In this document: positions 24,278 through 37,197 of the stretch, piece after piece
Numbering within the stretch: the first letter of the stretch is position 1
Layout of the letters: every line of letters starts with the position of its first letter
Source of the DNA: Verrucomicrobiota bacterium
Lineage (GTDB): Bacteria > Verrucomicrobiota > Verrucomicrobiia > Limisphaerales > UBA8199
Reading direction: 5' to 3'
Assembly (NCBI GenBank): GCA_050011195.1
Contig: JBEKJO010000001.1
Location: 6,640-70,639, forward strand
Length of the DNA: 64,000 nt
Notes under the pieces: generated by a model
Told to the model about the DNA's origin: nothing
The model's database searches: none
What the model saw: only the letters and a program-made list of their open reading frames with translations
Translations under genes and position numbers: made by a program

Positions 24278-25179
24278 TCCAGCTCAAGAACCTCTGCAAG
24301 AAGTTCGGCCAGCAACTGGCCGTGGACGACCTGACCTTGCAGGTGCCGGCGGGGGAAATCTACGGTTTGCTGGGGCACAACGGCGCGGGCAAGAGCACCG
24401 CCATCGGCATAATGCTGGGCCAAGTCTGGCCGACGAGCGGCGACGTGCGAATCTGCGGCCACGATGTGACGGCCCACCGCCGGCTGGCGCTGCAAAAGGT
24501 CGGGGCGATTTTTGAAACTCCGGCCTTCTATGATTATCTTAGCGGCTGGCGGAACCTGGAAATCCTGAGTTCCTACACCGCTCCAACCTCCCGCCAGCGG
24601 ATTCAAGAGGTCATCGAATGGGTCGGCCTGAGCGGGCGGGAACATTCCAAGGTGCGGACCTACTCGCACGGCATGAGGGCGCGGCTGGCGCTGGCCCAGG
24701 CGCTGTTGCCCCAGCCGGAGCTGCTCATCCTCGACGAGCCGAGCGACGGGCTCGACCCCGAGGGCATTCACGAGATGCGGCAGACGATTCTGCGGCTGCA
24801 TCGCGAGCTGCGGCTGACGATTCTGCTTTCCTCGCATTTCCTAAATGAGGTGGAACAGCTCTGCACGCGCATCGCAGTGCTGAACCGGGGCTGCATGGTG
24901 TTTGAAGGCACGCTGGCCGCGACGAAGCAACGCGGGTGGATAAGGCTCAAGGCGGGCGATTTCGGGCTGGCGGTAAAGCAGCTTCGGCAGGCGCAACTCA
25001 TCACGGAGGAGCGGGATGGCCATCTGATCGCGCTGGGACCGGGCATCGGGACAGACCAGGTCGTGCGCCTGCTCGTGGAGCGCGGAATGCCGGTCTATGA
25101 GATTGCCCCGGTGGAAGACACGCTGGAGGACTTCTACCTGTCACTGATGAATGGGCAGAAGGAGGTGGAAGTCAAGTGA
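24274..25179 (+). CDS. ABC transporter ATP-binding protein
   Basis: Walker [13 protein letters not shown], signature YSHGMRARL, Walker B LLILDEP. The GTG start overlaps the upstream stop (GTGA). Confidence 0.88.
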   Translation: MIQLKNLCKKFGQQLAVDDLTLQVPAGEIYGLLGHNGAGKSTAIGIMLGQVWPTSGDVRICGHDVTAHRRLALQKVGAIFETPAFYDYLSGWRNLEILSSYTAPTSRQRIQEVIEWVGLSGREHSKVRTYSHGMRARLALAQALLPQPELLILDEPSDGLDPEGIHEMRQTILRLHRELRLTILLSSHFLNEVEQLCTRIAVLNRGCMVFEGTLAATKQRGWIRLKAGDFGLAVKQLRQAQLITEERDGHLIALGPGIGTDQVVRLLVERGMPVYEIAPVEDTLEDFYLSLMNGQKEVEVK

Positions 25180-26018
25180 CCATGTTCTACCGTCATCTGC
25201 GCAACGAACTCTGGAAGCTCTTCGGCAAGAAGCGCACGTATATCGGCTTCGGCGCGTTTCTCCTGGCGCAGAATGCGATGCTGCTCACCTTCCGCTTCAC
25301 CCGCTGGCAGGCCGACCTGGAGCGCATGCTGGCCGGCAATGGCTATCTGGCAAAGGAGTATGTGTCGGCGCTCACAGTGGCGGTGATCATGCTGATCCCA
25401 CAAATCGTGCTGCTGATGCCCTTGTATGTGGCGCTGGTGGGAGGCGACCTGGTGGCCAAGGAGGTGGAGGACGGGACGCTGCGGATGATCCTGTCGCGGC
25501 CCATCTCCCGGTTCCGGCTGCTGTTCGTGAAGTGGGTGGCCGGGGTGATTTTTGCGGCCATGCTGGTGGCCGTATTGGGCGGGACAGCGCTTGGCTTTGC
25601 CCGGCTGTGGTTTCCGTGGAAGAGCATGTTTGTCTTCGTGCCGGGGACGGTGTTCAGCCTGTTAAGCCCGGACGAGGGTTTCCGGCTCTATCTTTGGTCC
25701 CACCTGTTTATGACGCTGAATGCGAGCGTGGTGCTGGGGATCGCGTTCATGTTCTCGTGCTTCAACATGAAGCCTGCGGCAGCGACGATTCTGGCGTTGT
25801 CGTTGCTGTTCGTGAACCTGGTGATGGAAGGCATCCCGTTCTTCGAGCGCTACCACGAGTACTTGCTGACCTACCACTTTCGCTCCTGGCACAACGTTTA
25901 TGCCCAGCCGATACCCTGGGCGCAGATGGGCCAATCGCTGTGCGTCTTGCTGGCTGCTAACCTCACCGCCTTCCTCATCGGGACCGCGGCATTCCAGGCC
26001 CGCGACATCAAGTCTTAA
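25176..26018 (+). CDS. ABC-2 type transporter permease
   Basis: 280 aa with ~6 TM segments. The GTG start overlaps the ATPase stop (GTGA). Confidence 0.7.
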   Translation: MTMFYRHLRNELWKLFGKKRTYIGFGAFLLAQNAMLLTFRFTRWQADLERMLAGNGYLAKEYVSALTVAVIMLIPQIVLLMPLYVALVGGDLVAKEVEDGTLRMILSRPISRFRLLFVKWVAGVIFAAMLVAVLGGTALGFARLWFPWKSMFVFVPGTVFSLLSPDEGFRLYLWSHLFMTLNASVVLGIAFMFSCFNMKPAAATILALSLLFVNLVMEGIPFFERYHEYLLTYHFRSWHNVYAQPIPWAQMGQSLCVLLAANLTAFLIGTAAFQARDIKS

Positions 26019-26118
26019 GTTGCTTTTCGGGCTTCGGGATCGTAAGCTGATCTGCTGAGAAAGGCATTCTCCAACAGCCCAATATATTGGCTGTCGTGGC
26101 CGGCGGCGCCACAACTAA

Positions 26119-28737
<2,619 letters not shown>

Positions 28738-28816
28738 AAGCCAAGTTGCCCAACTGTAAGCCCAGGCCGCGCAACCTCTTTCGCTGAACGAGCGACCGGA
28801 GAAGCAACCAAGTTTT

Positions 28817-31483
28817 ATGCCCGAACCGACCGAACCGAACAACAAGAACGAGGCGCCAGTGAGCGGCACGCCTTTGTTCGCCGCCAACGAGAAGATCACG
28901 AAGATCAACGTCGCCGAGGAGATCAAGAACTCGTTTCTCGATTACTCAATGTCGGTGATTATCTCCCGCGCGCTGCCCGACGTGCGCGACGGTTTGAAGC
29001 CGTCGCAACGGCGCATCCTCTACGCCATGAACGACCTGGGCGTGATGCCGAACCGCAAGCACCTCAAGTGCGCCAAGATCGTCGGCGAGACGATGGGCAA
29101 CTACCATCCGCACGGGGACCAGGCGATTTATCCGACGCTGGTGCACATGGCGCAGCCGTGGGCCATGCGCGAGCGGTTGGTGGACGGGCAGGGGAACTTC
29201 GGCTCCGTCGAAGGCGATCCCCCGGCGTCCATGCGGTACACCGAAGCGCGGCTGGCTCCGCTCGGGGCGGTGCTGATGGAAGACATGGAAAAGGAAACGG
29301 TGGACTTCGTCCCCAATTACGACGAGACCCGCACCGAGCCGACTGTCTTTCCCGCCGCGTTCCCGAACCTGCTGGTCAACGGCGGCACCGGCATAGCCGT
29401 CGGCATGGCCACCAACATGCCGCCGCACAATCTGGGCGAGATCATCGACGGCGTCTGCGCGCAGATCGACCATCCGGAGATCACGCTCAAAGAGCTGATG
29501 CAGCTTGTCAAAGGTCCGGACTTTCCGACCGGCTGCATGGTCTGCGGGCTGGAGGGAGTGAAGGAGTACTTCAAGAGCGGGCGCGGCAGCGTGAAAGTGC
29601 GCGGGAAGGTCGGCCTCGAGGAGCTTAAGGGCGGCCGCGAGCAGATTATTGTCACCGAAATCCCGTTTAACGTGAACCGCGCCGTGCTGGTCGAGCGGAT
29701 TGCCGAGCTGGTGAACGAGAAGATCATCACGGACATCACCGCCGTGCGCGACGAGTCGGATGAGAACACGCGCGTCGTCATTGAAATCAAGCGGGATGCG
29801 GTGCCGAAGGTGGTCATCAACAACCTGTATCAGCACACGGCGCTCGAAACGAGTTTCGCGGTGAATGCGCTGGCCATCGACCATGGCCGGCCCAAGACGC
29901 TGGGGCTCAAGGAGCTGATCAACTGCTACATCGAGCACCGCCGGGAAGTGGTGATTCGCCGGACGAAGTTTGAACTCCGCAAGGCGGAAGAACGGGCGGA
30001 ACTGCTGGAAGGCTACCTGATCGCCCTCTCCAACCTGGACGAGTTCATCCGCATTATTCGCCACTCCGCCACTCGCGAAGAGGCCAAAATCAAGCTGCTG
30101 GCTTTCGACTTCACACGCGCCCAAGTGGAAAAGATCGGCGTTCTGATTCGCAGCGAGGCGCGGCTGACCAGCGGGCGCTATTCGTTCAGCGAGGCGCAGG
30201 CCAACGCGATCCTGGAATTGCGCCTCTACCAGTTGACCGGCCTGGAAATCGATAAGGTTAGGGCTGAATACCGCGACCTGATAGTGCGCATCAAAGACCT
30301 GCTCGATATTCTGGCGAAGGAGGCGCGGGTATTGGCGATTATCAAGGCTGAGCTGCTCGCGATCAAAGAGAAGTACGCCACGCCGCGCATGACGGACCTC
30401 GTGCCCGACGAAGGCGAAATCGCCATTGAAGACCTCATTGCGAACGAGGGGGTTATCATCACCCTCACGCACACCGGGTTGATCAAGCGGACGAACATCA
30501 GTTCCTATCGTGCCCAGCGCCGGGGCGGCAAAGGGGTGATTGGCATGGCCACCCGCGAGGGCGCCACGGAAGAAGACAAGGATTTTATCGAGCACCTCTT
30601 CAGCGCCGGCACCCACGATTACCTGATGTTCTTTACGAGCACGGGGCGCGTGTATGTCGAGCGCGTGCATGAAATTCCCGATATGGGCCGCGCCGCCAAA
30701 GGCCGCAGCATCGCCAACCTGCTGGAACTGAAGCAGGCTGAGGCCATCGCCGCCCTGATTCGCATCGAAGCCAAAACCGGGCCGAACAAGGAAGACATGA
30801 CCTGGCAGCAGCCGGGTTACCTCTTCTTCGCAACCCAGCAGGGCACCGTGAAGAAGACCCCGCTCGAAGATTTTGCCAACGTCCGCCAGGGCGGGATCAT
30901 CGCGATTGGCATTGAGCCGGGCGACACGCTGATTGAGGTCAAGTTGACTTCAGGACAGGACCAAGTGGTCTTGATCACGCGCGACGGCATGAGCATCCGC
31001 TTCTCCGAGGAGGATGTGCGGCCCATGGGCCGGCCCGCTGCGGGCGTGCGGGGCATCAACCTGGAAAAGGGGGACGCGGTGGTCGCGCTCGCGGTCGTGG
31101 AGCGGGACGCGACGTTGCTCGTCGCCGGCGAAAACGGCATCGGCAAGCGGACGCCTTTCGATATGGTGCTGGAGGACGGGACAGTGGAGCCGGTCTATCG
31201 CCTCCAGTCACGCGGCGGCAAAGGCATCATCACCATGAAGGCCAATGAAAAGACCGGGGCGGTCGTTGGCGCGCTGACCGTGCGCGACGCCGACGAGATC
31301 ATGCTTATGACGACCGGCGGGCAAATGGTGCGCATCTTCGTGAAAGACATCCGGGAAGCAGGGCGCAACACACAGGGCGTAAAGCTGATTAACCTTGGCG
31401 AAGGCGATAAGCTGCAGGCCATTGCTCCGGTGATCAGCGAACAGCAGGAAGACGCCGCGGCGGGGCAGGAAGAAGCCAAGTAA
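28817..31483 (+). CDS. gyrA: DNA gyrase subunit A
   Basis: YSMSVIISRALPDVRDGLKPSQRRILY, HPHGD, and C-terminal beta-pinwheel repeats. Confidence 0.95.
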   Translation: MPEPTEPNNKNEAPVSGTPLFAANEKITKINVAEEIKNSFLDYSMSVIISRALPDVRDGLKPSQRRILYAMNDLGVMPNRKHLKCAKIVGETMGNYHPHGDQAIYPTLVHMAQPWAMRERLVDGQGNFGSVEGDPPASMRYTEARLAPLGAVLMEDMEKETVDFVPNYDETRTEPTVFPAAFPNLLVNGGTGIAVGMATNMPPHNLGEIIDGVCAQIDHPEITLKELMQLVKGPDFPTGCMVCGLEGVKEYFKSGRGSVKVRGKVGLEELKGGREQIIVTEIPFNVNRAVLVERIAELVNEKIITDITAVRDESDENTRVVIEIKRDAVPKVVINNLYQHTALETSFAVNALAIDHGRPKTLGLKELINCYIEHRREVVIRRTKFELRKAEERAELLEGYLIALSNLDEFIRIIRHSATREEAKIKLLAFDFTRAQVEKIGVLIRSEARLTSGRYSFSEAQANAILELRLYQLTGLEIDKVRAEYRDLIVRIKDLLDILAKEARVLAIIKAELLAIKEKYATPRMTDLVPDEGEIAIEDLIANEGVIITLTHTGLIKRTNISSYRAQRRGGKGVIGMATREGATEEDKDFIEHLFSAGTHDYLMFFTSTGRVYVERVHEIPDMGRAAKGRSIANLLELKQAEAIAALIRIEAKTGPNKEDMTWQQPGYLFFATQQGTVKKTPLEDFANVRQGGIIAIGIEPGDTLIEVKLTSGQDQVVLITRDGMSIRFSEEDVRPMGRPAAGVRGINLEKGDAVVALAVVERDATLLVAGENGIGKRTPFDMVLEDGTVEPVYRLQSRGGKGIITMKANEKTGAVVGALTVRDADEIMLMTTGGQMVRIFVKDIREAGRNTQGVKLINLGEGDKLQAIAPVISEQQEDAAAGQEEAK

Positions 31484-31495
31484 GGGAACCAAACC

Positions 31496-32059
31496 TCAGG
31501 GCAATAGATGCGGCGGTGGGGGTTGCTGGTGCAGGATGTCGTCCAGCAGGCTGGTAACCTGATCCGCCCGTTCCGTGTATGAATCGAGCGAATCGGGGAT
31601 CGAGCGGGCAATGTTTTGCGGTACTTGCGTCAGGTAATCCATCGCCCCCTGATGGGCAGCGTTGCGGAGACAATGATGCTTCTCTCCTTCCCCGACCCCT
31701 GGGCTCCCCCCGCTTTCCATCAGGCCGACCAGCAGGCCCTCCCGGTCGCCCCGCTGGCCGAGCCAGGTCTCCATCCACGCTTTCACCGACGCAGGAAAGT
31801 CGCCTTCCGGAGTCGCGCAGAAAACTATCAGGTCCGCTCGCGCGGCCCTGTCCGCCGCTTCTTTAGCTGCGGCAGTCTCCGCGAGCAACGCAAACGACCA
31901 CCAGCTCACGTCGAATTCAAACTGCGCCCAGAACCGCCCGACCAGTTGGTCACAGAAACCGACACCCCGTTCACGCGCTGCGGGATCCTCGTACACCACC
32001 ACGACTGACCACGCTGCTTTCGTTTCCAACCGCGCACCGTTTTCGTCTGCTCGCGTCAT
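31496..32059 (-). CDS. hypothetical protein
   Basis: 187-aa ORF with coding-like composition. No motif recognised. Confidence 0.45.
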   Translation of the reverse strand: MTRADENGARLETKAAWSVVVVYEDPAARERGVGFCDQLVGRFWAQFEFDVSWWSFALLAETAAAKEAADRAARADLIVFCATPEGDFPASVKAWMETWLGQRGDREGLLVGLMESGGSPGVGEGEKHHCLRNAAHQGAMDYLTQVPQNIARSIPDSLDSYTERADQVTSLLDDILHQQPPPPHLLP

Positions 32060-32164
32060 GGTTGCGGTGGGGAAAGCTCTCTTTGCCGTCGGCCTTTCCC
32101 GCCGACAATTGCTCTCCCAACCACTTCAATTCTGCTCCCCGGCGACAGGAAATCAAGAAAAAAC

Positions 32165-32872
32165 TTAAGGCGACAGGCGTTCAATCCGCCAGGTCTTGTC
32201 CGCCTGCCGGGTGTAGCGGAAACGATCGTGGAGCCGGTTGGGCCGTCCCTGCCAGAATTCAATGCGGGCTGGTGACAGCACGTACCCGCCCCAGAAAGCC
32301 GGCCGCGGCACTTCCTGCCCCGCGTATTGGGCTTCCATTTGTTTCCACCTCTCTTCCAGCGCCGCCCGGTCGCGAATGACCGCGCTTTGCTGCGAGGCCC
32401 AAGCCGCGAGCTGGCTCCCGCGCGGCCGCGACTTGAAATACGCTTCCGACTCTGCCGGCGGCAACTGGCTGACTTCCCCGGCGACGCAAACCTGCCGTTC
32501 CTGTTCCGACCAATAAAAAACCAGCGCCGCTTGCGGGTTTCCCGCCAGTTCCTGTCCCTTGCGGCTGTCGTAATTCGTGTAAAAGATGAACCCCCGCTGG
32601 TCCACGCCCTTGAGCAAGACCGCGCGTGCCGAAGGCCGGCCCTGCTTGTCCGCGGTCGCCAGCGTCATCGCCGTCAAATCCATCGGTTCAGCCCCGGATG
32701 CCAGCAGCAGCGCTTTGTAGAGCTTAATGCAGAACTTCCGCACCCGCCCGCTGGCCCGCGCCCCCGTCGCCTGGTCGAACCACTTCTTGAACTGGGCAAT
32801 CGGGTCGGCTTCCAGGTCGCTCCGCCGCAAGCCGGTCAGATTGTATTCTCTTCGTAAATCGGCGAAGGACAT
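32165..32872 (-). CDS. pdxH: pyridoxamine 5'-phosphate oxidase
   Basis: DPIAQFKKWFDQA... and the C-terminal IEFWQGRPNRLHDRFRY signature. Confidence 0.9.
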   Translation of the reverse strand: MSFADLRREYNLTGLRRSDLEADPIAQFKKWFDQATGARASGRVRKFCIKLYKALLLASGAEPMDLTAMTLATADKQGRPSARAVLLKGVDQRGFIFYTNYDSRKGQELAGNPQAALVFYWSEQERQVCVAGEVSQLPPAESEAYFKSRPRGSQLAAWASQQSAVIRDRAALEERWKQMEAQYAGQEVPRPAFWGGYVLSPARIEFWQGRPNRLHDRFRYTRQADKTWRIERLSP

Positions 32873-32876
32873 GCCC

Positions 32877-33425
32877 TCAGCTCGGTATCATCCCCGTCTT
32901 GCGCGCGTAATTGAACAGCCCGCCCGCATCCACCACCGGCCGCACATCACCCAGGGGCTTTAACTTATAGACTTTGCCCGTGCTCTTGGCGGTCACCGTG
33001 CCCGCGTCCAGGTCCACCGTCGCCACCTCGCCCGTCTTCAACACCTCGCACAGCCGGTCCGCCGATTCACAGGGATAAAGCTCGCCCGTCGCCACGGAGT
33101 TGCGAAAGAAGATGCGCGCGAAGCTCTCCGCCAGCACCACTTCGCAGCCCGCCGAGCCTAACGCAATCGGCGCGTGCTCGCGCGAGCTGCCGCAGCCGAA
33201 GTTGCGCCCAGCGACCACGATCGGATACTCGCTGTCGAGTTGGCCTTCCTTCACGTAGCGCGTGGCGTAGGCCGATTCCGGCAGGCCGGCGAAGGCGTAA
33301 GCGCCCAGCTTCTCGTACTCCTCGGGAATCGTCGGCACGAGAGTCAAGTATTGCGCCGGGATAATCTGGTCGGTGTCGATATTGTCCCGCACCACAAAGA
33401 CCGGTCCTGTGAAAACAGATTGCAT
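32877..33425 (-). CDS. leuD: 3-isopropylmalate dehydratase small subunit (aconitase-swivel, LeuD-type)
   Basis: [14 protein letters not shown] and [14 protein letters not shown]. No large-subunit gene is adjacent. Confidence 0.8.
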   Translation of the reverse strand: MQSVFTGPVFVVRDNIDTDQIIPAQYLTLVPTIPEEYEKLGAYAFAGLPESAYATRYVKEGQLDSEYPIVVAGRNFGCGSSREHAPIALGSAGCEVVLAESFARIFFRNSVATGELYPCESADRLCEVLKTGEVATVDLDAGTVTAKSTGKVYKLKPLGDVRPVVDAGGLFNYARKTGMIPS

Positions 33426-33519
33426 GGCGGGAGATTGGAGTCAGCCGCGCCAATATTCAATCAGATTTACAGCCCCTCAATCAGAGCGGATTCAAGCATG
33501 GGACTGTGTAGCCGCCGTA

Positions 33520-33543
33520 CAGTTCGATTTGCAGTTCGATTTG
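33520..33543. repeat. perfect 12-bp tandem duplication
   Basis: cagttcgatttg cagttcgatttg, in the divergent leuD / 33584 intergenic region. Confidence 0.9.
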
Positions 33544-33583
33544 CCTTGCCCTCCTTGCTCTGCTCTGACACCCTTGCCCTCGA

Positions 33584-33805
33584 ATGCTGATCAAGCAGAA
33601 AAGTCGAATCCCTCTCAAGCCCCTGCAAACCGGCCAAGTCTGGCAAATGGAGGATTCGCATCTCCACGTTGACCTCGTGGGCAAACACCTGGTGCACTAT
33701 AAGCTCATCAAACGCGAGGCCAAGCGCACCCCAATGTCGCTCTCCAACATCAAGGCCGTGGAGAAATATCTCAAAGACAACAAGGCCGTTCTGGTCCAGG
33801 GGTAG
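33584..33805 (+). CDS. small hypothetical protein
   Basis: 73 aa (MLIKQKSRIPLKPLQTGQVWQMEDSHLHVDLVGKHLVHYKLIK...) with coding-like, lower-GC composition. Confidence 0.4.
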   Translation: MLIKQKSRIPLKPLQTGQVWQMEDSHLHVDLVGKHLVHYKLIKREAKRTPMSLSNIKAVEKYLKDNKAVLVQG

Positions 33806-33957
33806 CGGAGGCGGAGCGCTCTGCCGCCGGCCACTGGCTCGGAGACCGCCGTGGTCCGCTTGGGAGTGGGGGGCGTGCGGGAGGCGGACGAAGGGCTGAG
33901 CCTGTGGGGCAAGGGGGGCTGGCAAAAATCTCAGGCGCGAGGTCGAGGATCTTCATA

Positions 33958-34632
33958 CTAATGGTCGTGATTCCAGCGGATGGCCAATTGCAGGAGTTCG
34001 CTCGTGCTCTGAAGGTTTAGCTTTTCCTTGATGCGCGTGCGGTAGGTATCAACCGTCTTCATGTCAATGCGCAGTTGCTCGGCGATCTCGCGCGTGCTCA
34101 AGCCGCGGCCGGTCATCTCGAACACCTGCAGCTCACGGTCCCCCAGAAGCTCGGCGATCGAGTCGCTCACGGCCTGGGGTTTTGAAGTCAGGCGCGCGAG
34201 CACCGTGGAGGCCGTCTTCTCGCTGAGATAAATGCCGCCGCCCAACACCCGGCGGATAGCCAGCAGGATGTCGCGGGTGGCCTGCTGTTTGGTAATGTAG
34301 CCTTGCGCGCCGGCGCGGAGGACACGCTCGGCGTAGAGGGTCTCGTCGTGCATGGAGACCACCAGAATGAGCAGCTTGGGCCAGCGCGCGTGGATGTCCT
34401 TGATCAGCTCCAGGCCGCTGGAGCTTTTCAGCATCAGGTCAATGACCGCCAGATCGGGTTTGGTAGTCTCGACCGCCTCTAAGGCCCCTTGCCGGTCTTC
34501 GGCTGCCGCACACACCGTCAAGTCTGGTTCAAGGTTGATGGCCTCGGCCAGCCCGTCGCGGACGATCGGGTGATCATCCACGAGAATAATGCGGGTAGGC
34601 TTGGTGTTGCGAGGTTCGGGAGAATGGGTCAT
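33958..34632 (-). CDS. response regulator, NarL/FixJ (LuxR HTH) family
   Basis: ATG at 34632 gives MTHSPEPRNTKPTRIILVDDHPIVRDG. Receiver domain plus LSTREIAEQLRIDMKTVDTYRTRI. The track ORF extends further upstream into the kinase gene. Confidence 0.88.
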   Translation of the reverse strand: MTHSPEPRNTKPTRIILVDDHPIVRDGLAEAINLEPDLTVCAAAEDRQGALEAVETTKPDLAVIDLMLKSSSGLELIKDIHARWPKLLILVVSMHDETLYAERVLRAGAQGYITKQQATRDILLAIRRVLGGGIYLSEKTASTVLARLTSKPQAVSDSIAELLGDRELQVFEMTGRGLSTREIAEQLRIDMKTVDTYRTRIKEKLNLQSTSELLQLAIRWNHDH

Positions 34633-34640
34633 AAATACGT

Positions 34641-36980
34641 TCAACGGATATTCTGCGGAACGCGACACGAAACGATGGTCCCGTTCTTGTCGCTCTGGAT
34701 TTGGAGGCTGCCGCCGATGAGGCGCGCGCGGTAATCCATAATGTGAAGTCCCATGCCCGAGCTGCGCCGTGGCGCCGGGTCGAGGCCTTTGCCATCGTCT
34801 TTGATCTGCAAGACGATTGCGCCTTCGGACTCCGTCAGTTGGATGGAGAGGTTGCGCGCACCGCTGTGTTTCAGGGCATTGTTCAACGCTTCCTGCGCGA
34901 TCCGGTAAAGATGCGTGGCGGTCGTCACATTGCAATGCGGCCCCTGACGGTCCGCTTCACACCGGCATTGCACCGGATGCCGTTCGCTGGTGGTGCCGGC
35001 CAGTTCCTCGAGCGCGGGCACCAGCCCTTCGGTGCGGAGCCGGATCGGATAAAGTCCACGGCAGACGCGGCGAGATTCAGTGATGGCTTCGTCCAGGAGC
35101 CCGCAGATTTTGCGCGCGACCGCCGCCTCCGGACGCTGTTGCGCGTTGAGTGATTGTTCCAGCGAATTGGCTTTGAGCGTCACGCCAATGAGTTGCTGGC
35201 ATAGCCCGTCGTGGACATCCTGCCCAATGCGCGCCTGTTCGCGATCGCTGATCTCCAGAATCTCCCGCTGCAGACGAAAGCGCTCGGTGACGTCGGTCGC
35301 GACGGCGATGAAGCCGGCAGGATGCCTGTCCTTGTCCCGGACCGGCGAGAAGCGGCACTCGAAGACGGTCGAGGCAAACTCCAATACCGAGCTGAATGCC
35401 TCACCGGCCAGCGCCCGGCGAACATTCTCCAGCATCAGGGGGAAGTCCTTATAGACCTCCGCTGCCGACCGTCGCAGGTGTTCGCCCGGCTTGACGCCCA
35501 TGGCGCTGAGGGCCTGTCCATCCTCGAAGGTGATCGTGCCGCGAGCGTCGGCGGCCAGCAGGGCGATGGGCGCGCTGTTGATGATCGTGCGCAAGTGCGC
35601 TTCGCTGCGGCGGGACGATTCCTCGGCCCGGATGCGCGCGATGGCCCCCGCCACCTGGGAGGCAATCAACTCGATCCCCACGCGCGTCTTGGGCGGAATC
35701 TCATCCTCCCGGTACGAGGCGAGGTTCAACAGCCCGAGCACCGCGCCCTGATGCTGCACGGGCACGACCGCCAGCGCCCGCAAGCCTTCGCCGCCCCACA
35801 GCACTTCCAGACTGCGCGGTATCTGCTCGTGGCGCGCGTAAAGGGTCTGGCCACCCTTCACCAGACGGGCCTCGGTCGCGTCCGCCTTATAGTGTGAGAT
35901 GCGGGCGGCGAACGCGTCGGATAATCCTCGATGCGCCTCCAGGTGGAGGTCGCCGGTCTCCGGGTTCAGCAGATAGACTCCGCCACAATCGATGCCCTCC
36001 AGTTGCACGGCGATCTCCAGCAGCCGATCCAGCGCGAACTTCAGATCGCTGGTGGAACTGAGTGCCACGGCGACATTCCGCTGGGCTTGCAGCAGGTGTT
36101 CGTTCCGCTTGCGCTCCGTAATGTCCGCCGCAATGCCCACGAGGCGATACACCGCTCCGGCCTCGTTCTTCACCGGGAACGCCCGGTCATGCACCCAGCG
36201 CAGCGACCCGTCCGGCCGCACGACGCGGTACTCCTCGTCGTACTCACCCGTGATTTGCTTCGCAAAGGTGGCGCGCGTCACGCGCTCGCGGTCTTCGGGA
36301 TGAACTCCCTCCAGCCACGTGGCTGGCGACCCGTAAAGGGTTTTGCAGGACTCGCCCCACAGCGTCTCGAAGGCGGGGCTGACGTACTCCACCTGGCCTT
36401 TGGAAGGGGCGGTTACCCAGAAGACATCGGTGATGTTTCCCGTGACCTGCTTGAAGAGTTGCACCGTTTCGCGCAACAGCTCGACGGTCTGCTTGTGCTC
36501 CTCGACTTCACTCTCCAGCCGCGCGGTGCGTTGCTCGACTGTGCGCTCCAGCTCGCGGGTTAAGCGCCCGACTTCCGCCGCCAGCCAGCCCATCGCGGCA
36601 AACGCCAGCAAGCGCACCAGTGAGTTCGCGGCAAAAATCCAGCCCAGCCGGGCCGCGCCCGCGCCCGCGGTCTCGGCCAGATACAGGCAAACTCCCGATG
36701 CCAGCGCGCACACGAGCGCGCCGCGCGCTCCCGCAACCCAACCCACTAAAGCGCAGGCCAGCAAGTAGAAGAACTCGAAATTCAATCCGCGGACGGCCTG
36801 GAGGTTGATCCAGCCAAGCACGACAATCAGAACAACACCAACCGCCGTTAGGATCGTGCCGGGCGCCAGGCCGATAGCCTGGCCGCAATGGAGGAGGCGG
36901 GCCGCCTTGGGACCGAACAGTCCGACCCCCACGGCTCTGTCCTTGGAGAGGCCGCCGATGAAATGTGTGAGCTTTGGCAT
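34641..36980 (-). CDS. membrane sensor histidine kinase with PAS/GAF/PAS and HisKA_3 + HATPase
   Basis: N-terminal TM block, PAS-like and GAF-like segments, H-box IGQDVHDGLCQQL, then the ATPase region NALKHSGA...DDGKG...GMGL. Confidence 0.85.
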   Translation of the reverse strand: MPKLTHFIGGLSKDRAVGVGLFGPKAARLLHCGQAIGLAPGTILTAVGVVLIVVLGWINLQAVRGLNFEFFYLLACALVGWVAGARGALVCALASGVCLYLAETAGAGAARLGWIFAANSLVRLLAFAAMGWLAAEVGRLTRELERTVEQRTARLESEVEEHKQTVELLRETVQLFKQVTGNITDVFWVTAPSKGQVEYVSPAFETLWGESCKTLYGSPATWLEGVHPEDRERVTRATFAKQITGEYDEEYRVVRPDGSLRWVHDRAFPVKNEAGAVYRLVGIAADITERKRNEHLLQAQRNVAVALSSTSDLKFALDRLLEIAVQLEGIDCGGVYLLNPETGDLHLEAHRGLSDAFAARISHYKADATEARLVKGGQTLYARHEQIPRSLEVLWGGEGLRALAVVPVQHQGAVLGLLNLASYREDEIPPKTRVGIELIASQVAGAIARIRAEESSRRSEAHLRTIINSAPIALLAADARGTITFEDGQALSAMGVKPGEHLRRSAAEVYKDFPLMLENVRRALAGEAFSSVLEFASTVFECRFSPVRDKDRHPAGFIAVATDVTERFRLQREILEISDREQARIGQDVHDGLCQQLIGVTLKANSLEQSLNAQQRPEAAVARKICGLLDEAITESRRVCRGLYPIRLRTEGLVPALEELAGTTSERHPVQCRCEADRQGPHCNVTTATHLYRIAQEALNNALKHSGARNLSIQLTESEGAIVLQIKDDGKGLDPAPRRSSGMGLHIMDYRARLIGGSLQIQSDKNGTIVSCRVPQNIR

Positions 36981-37095
36981 AAGCGTTCGAAGAAGCCGGG
37001 AATTCCAACAGACGTTTCCCGGCTTCCTCGAAAGCCAATACTATCAAATGCCCGGTCGATTGTGAAACGGGATTGTGTGCGGGGGTGCCCCTTTT

Positions 37096-37138
37096 TGTAA
37101 GCTTAAATCTTACATGCTTTTCAGAGCTTTTCTTACAT
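37096..37138. promoter_or_regulatory. candidate operator: TGTAAG-N7-CTTACA plus a third TCTTACAT
   Basis: tgtaagcttaaatcttacat (37096..37115) and tcttacat (37131..37138), in the 217-bp divergent region between the kinase gene and the PEP-CTERM gene. Confidence 0.3.
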
Positions 37139-37197
37139 CACTTTCCGGGTTCTCCCGACAGACAGGATTCGGGGGATATGGTGTACAATCGTAGCAA

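Noticed and set aside
32877-33425. leuD without an adjacent leuC, considered as a possible sign of a novel pathway.
   Set aside because: Small aconitase-swivel subunits separated from their large subunit are common, and the partner may lie elsewhere in the genome. Nothing else is unusual in the sequence.
33467-33925. 152-aa minus-strand ORF overlapping the small + strand ORF 33584..33805.
   Set aside because: It has shadow-frame composition (Ala/Pro/Gly/His/Leu-rich), whereas the + strand ORF has better coding-like character. Neither has a recognised family, so only the + ORF is listed, at low confidence.
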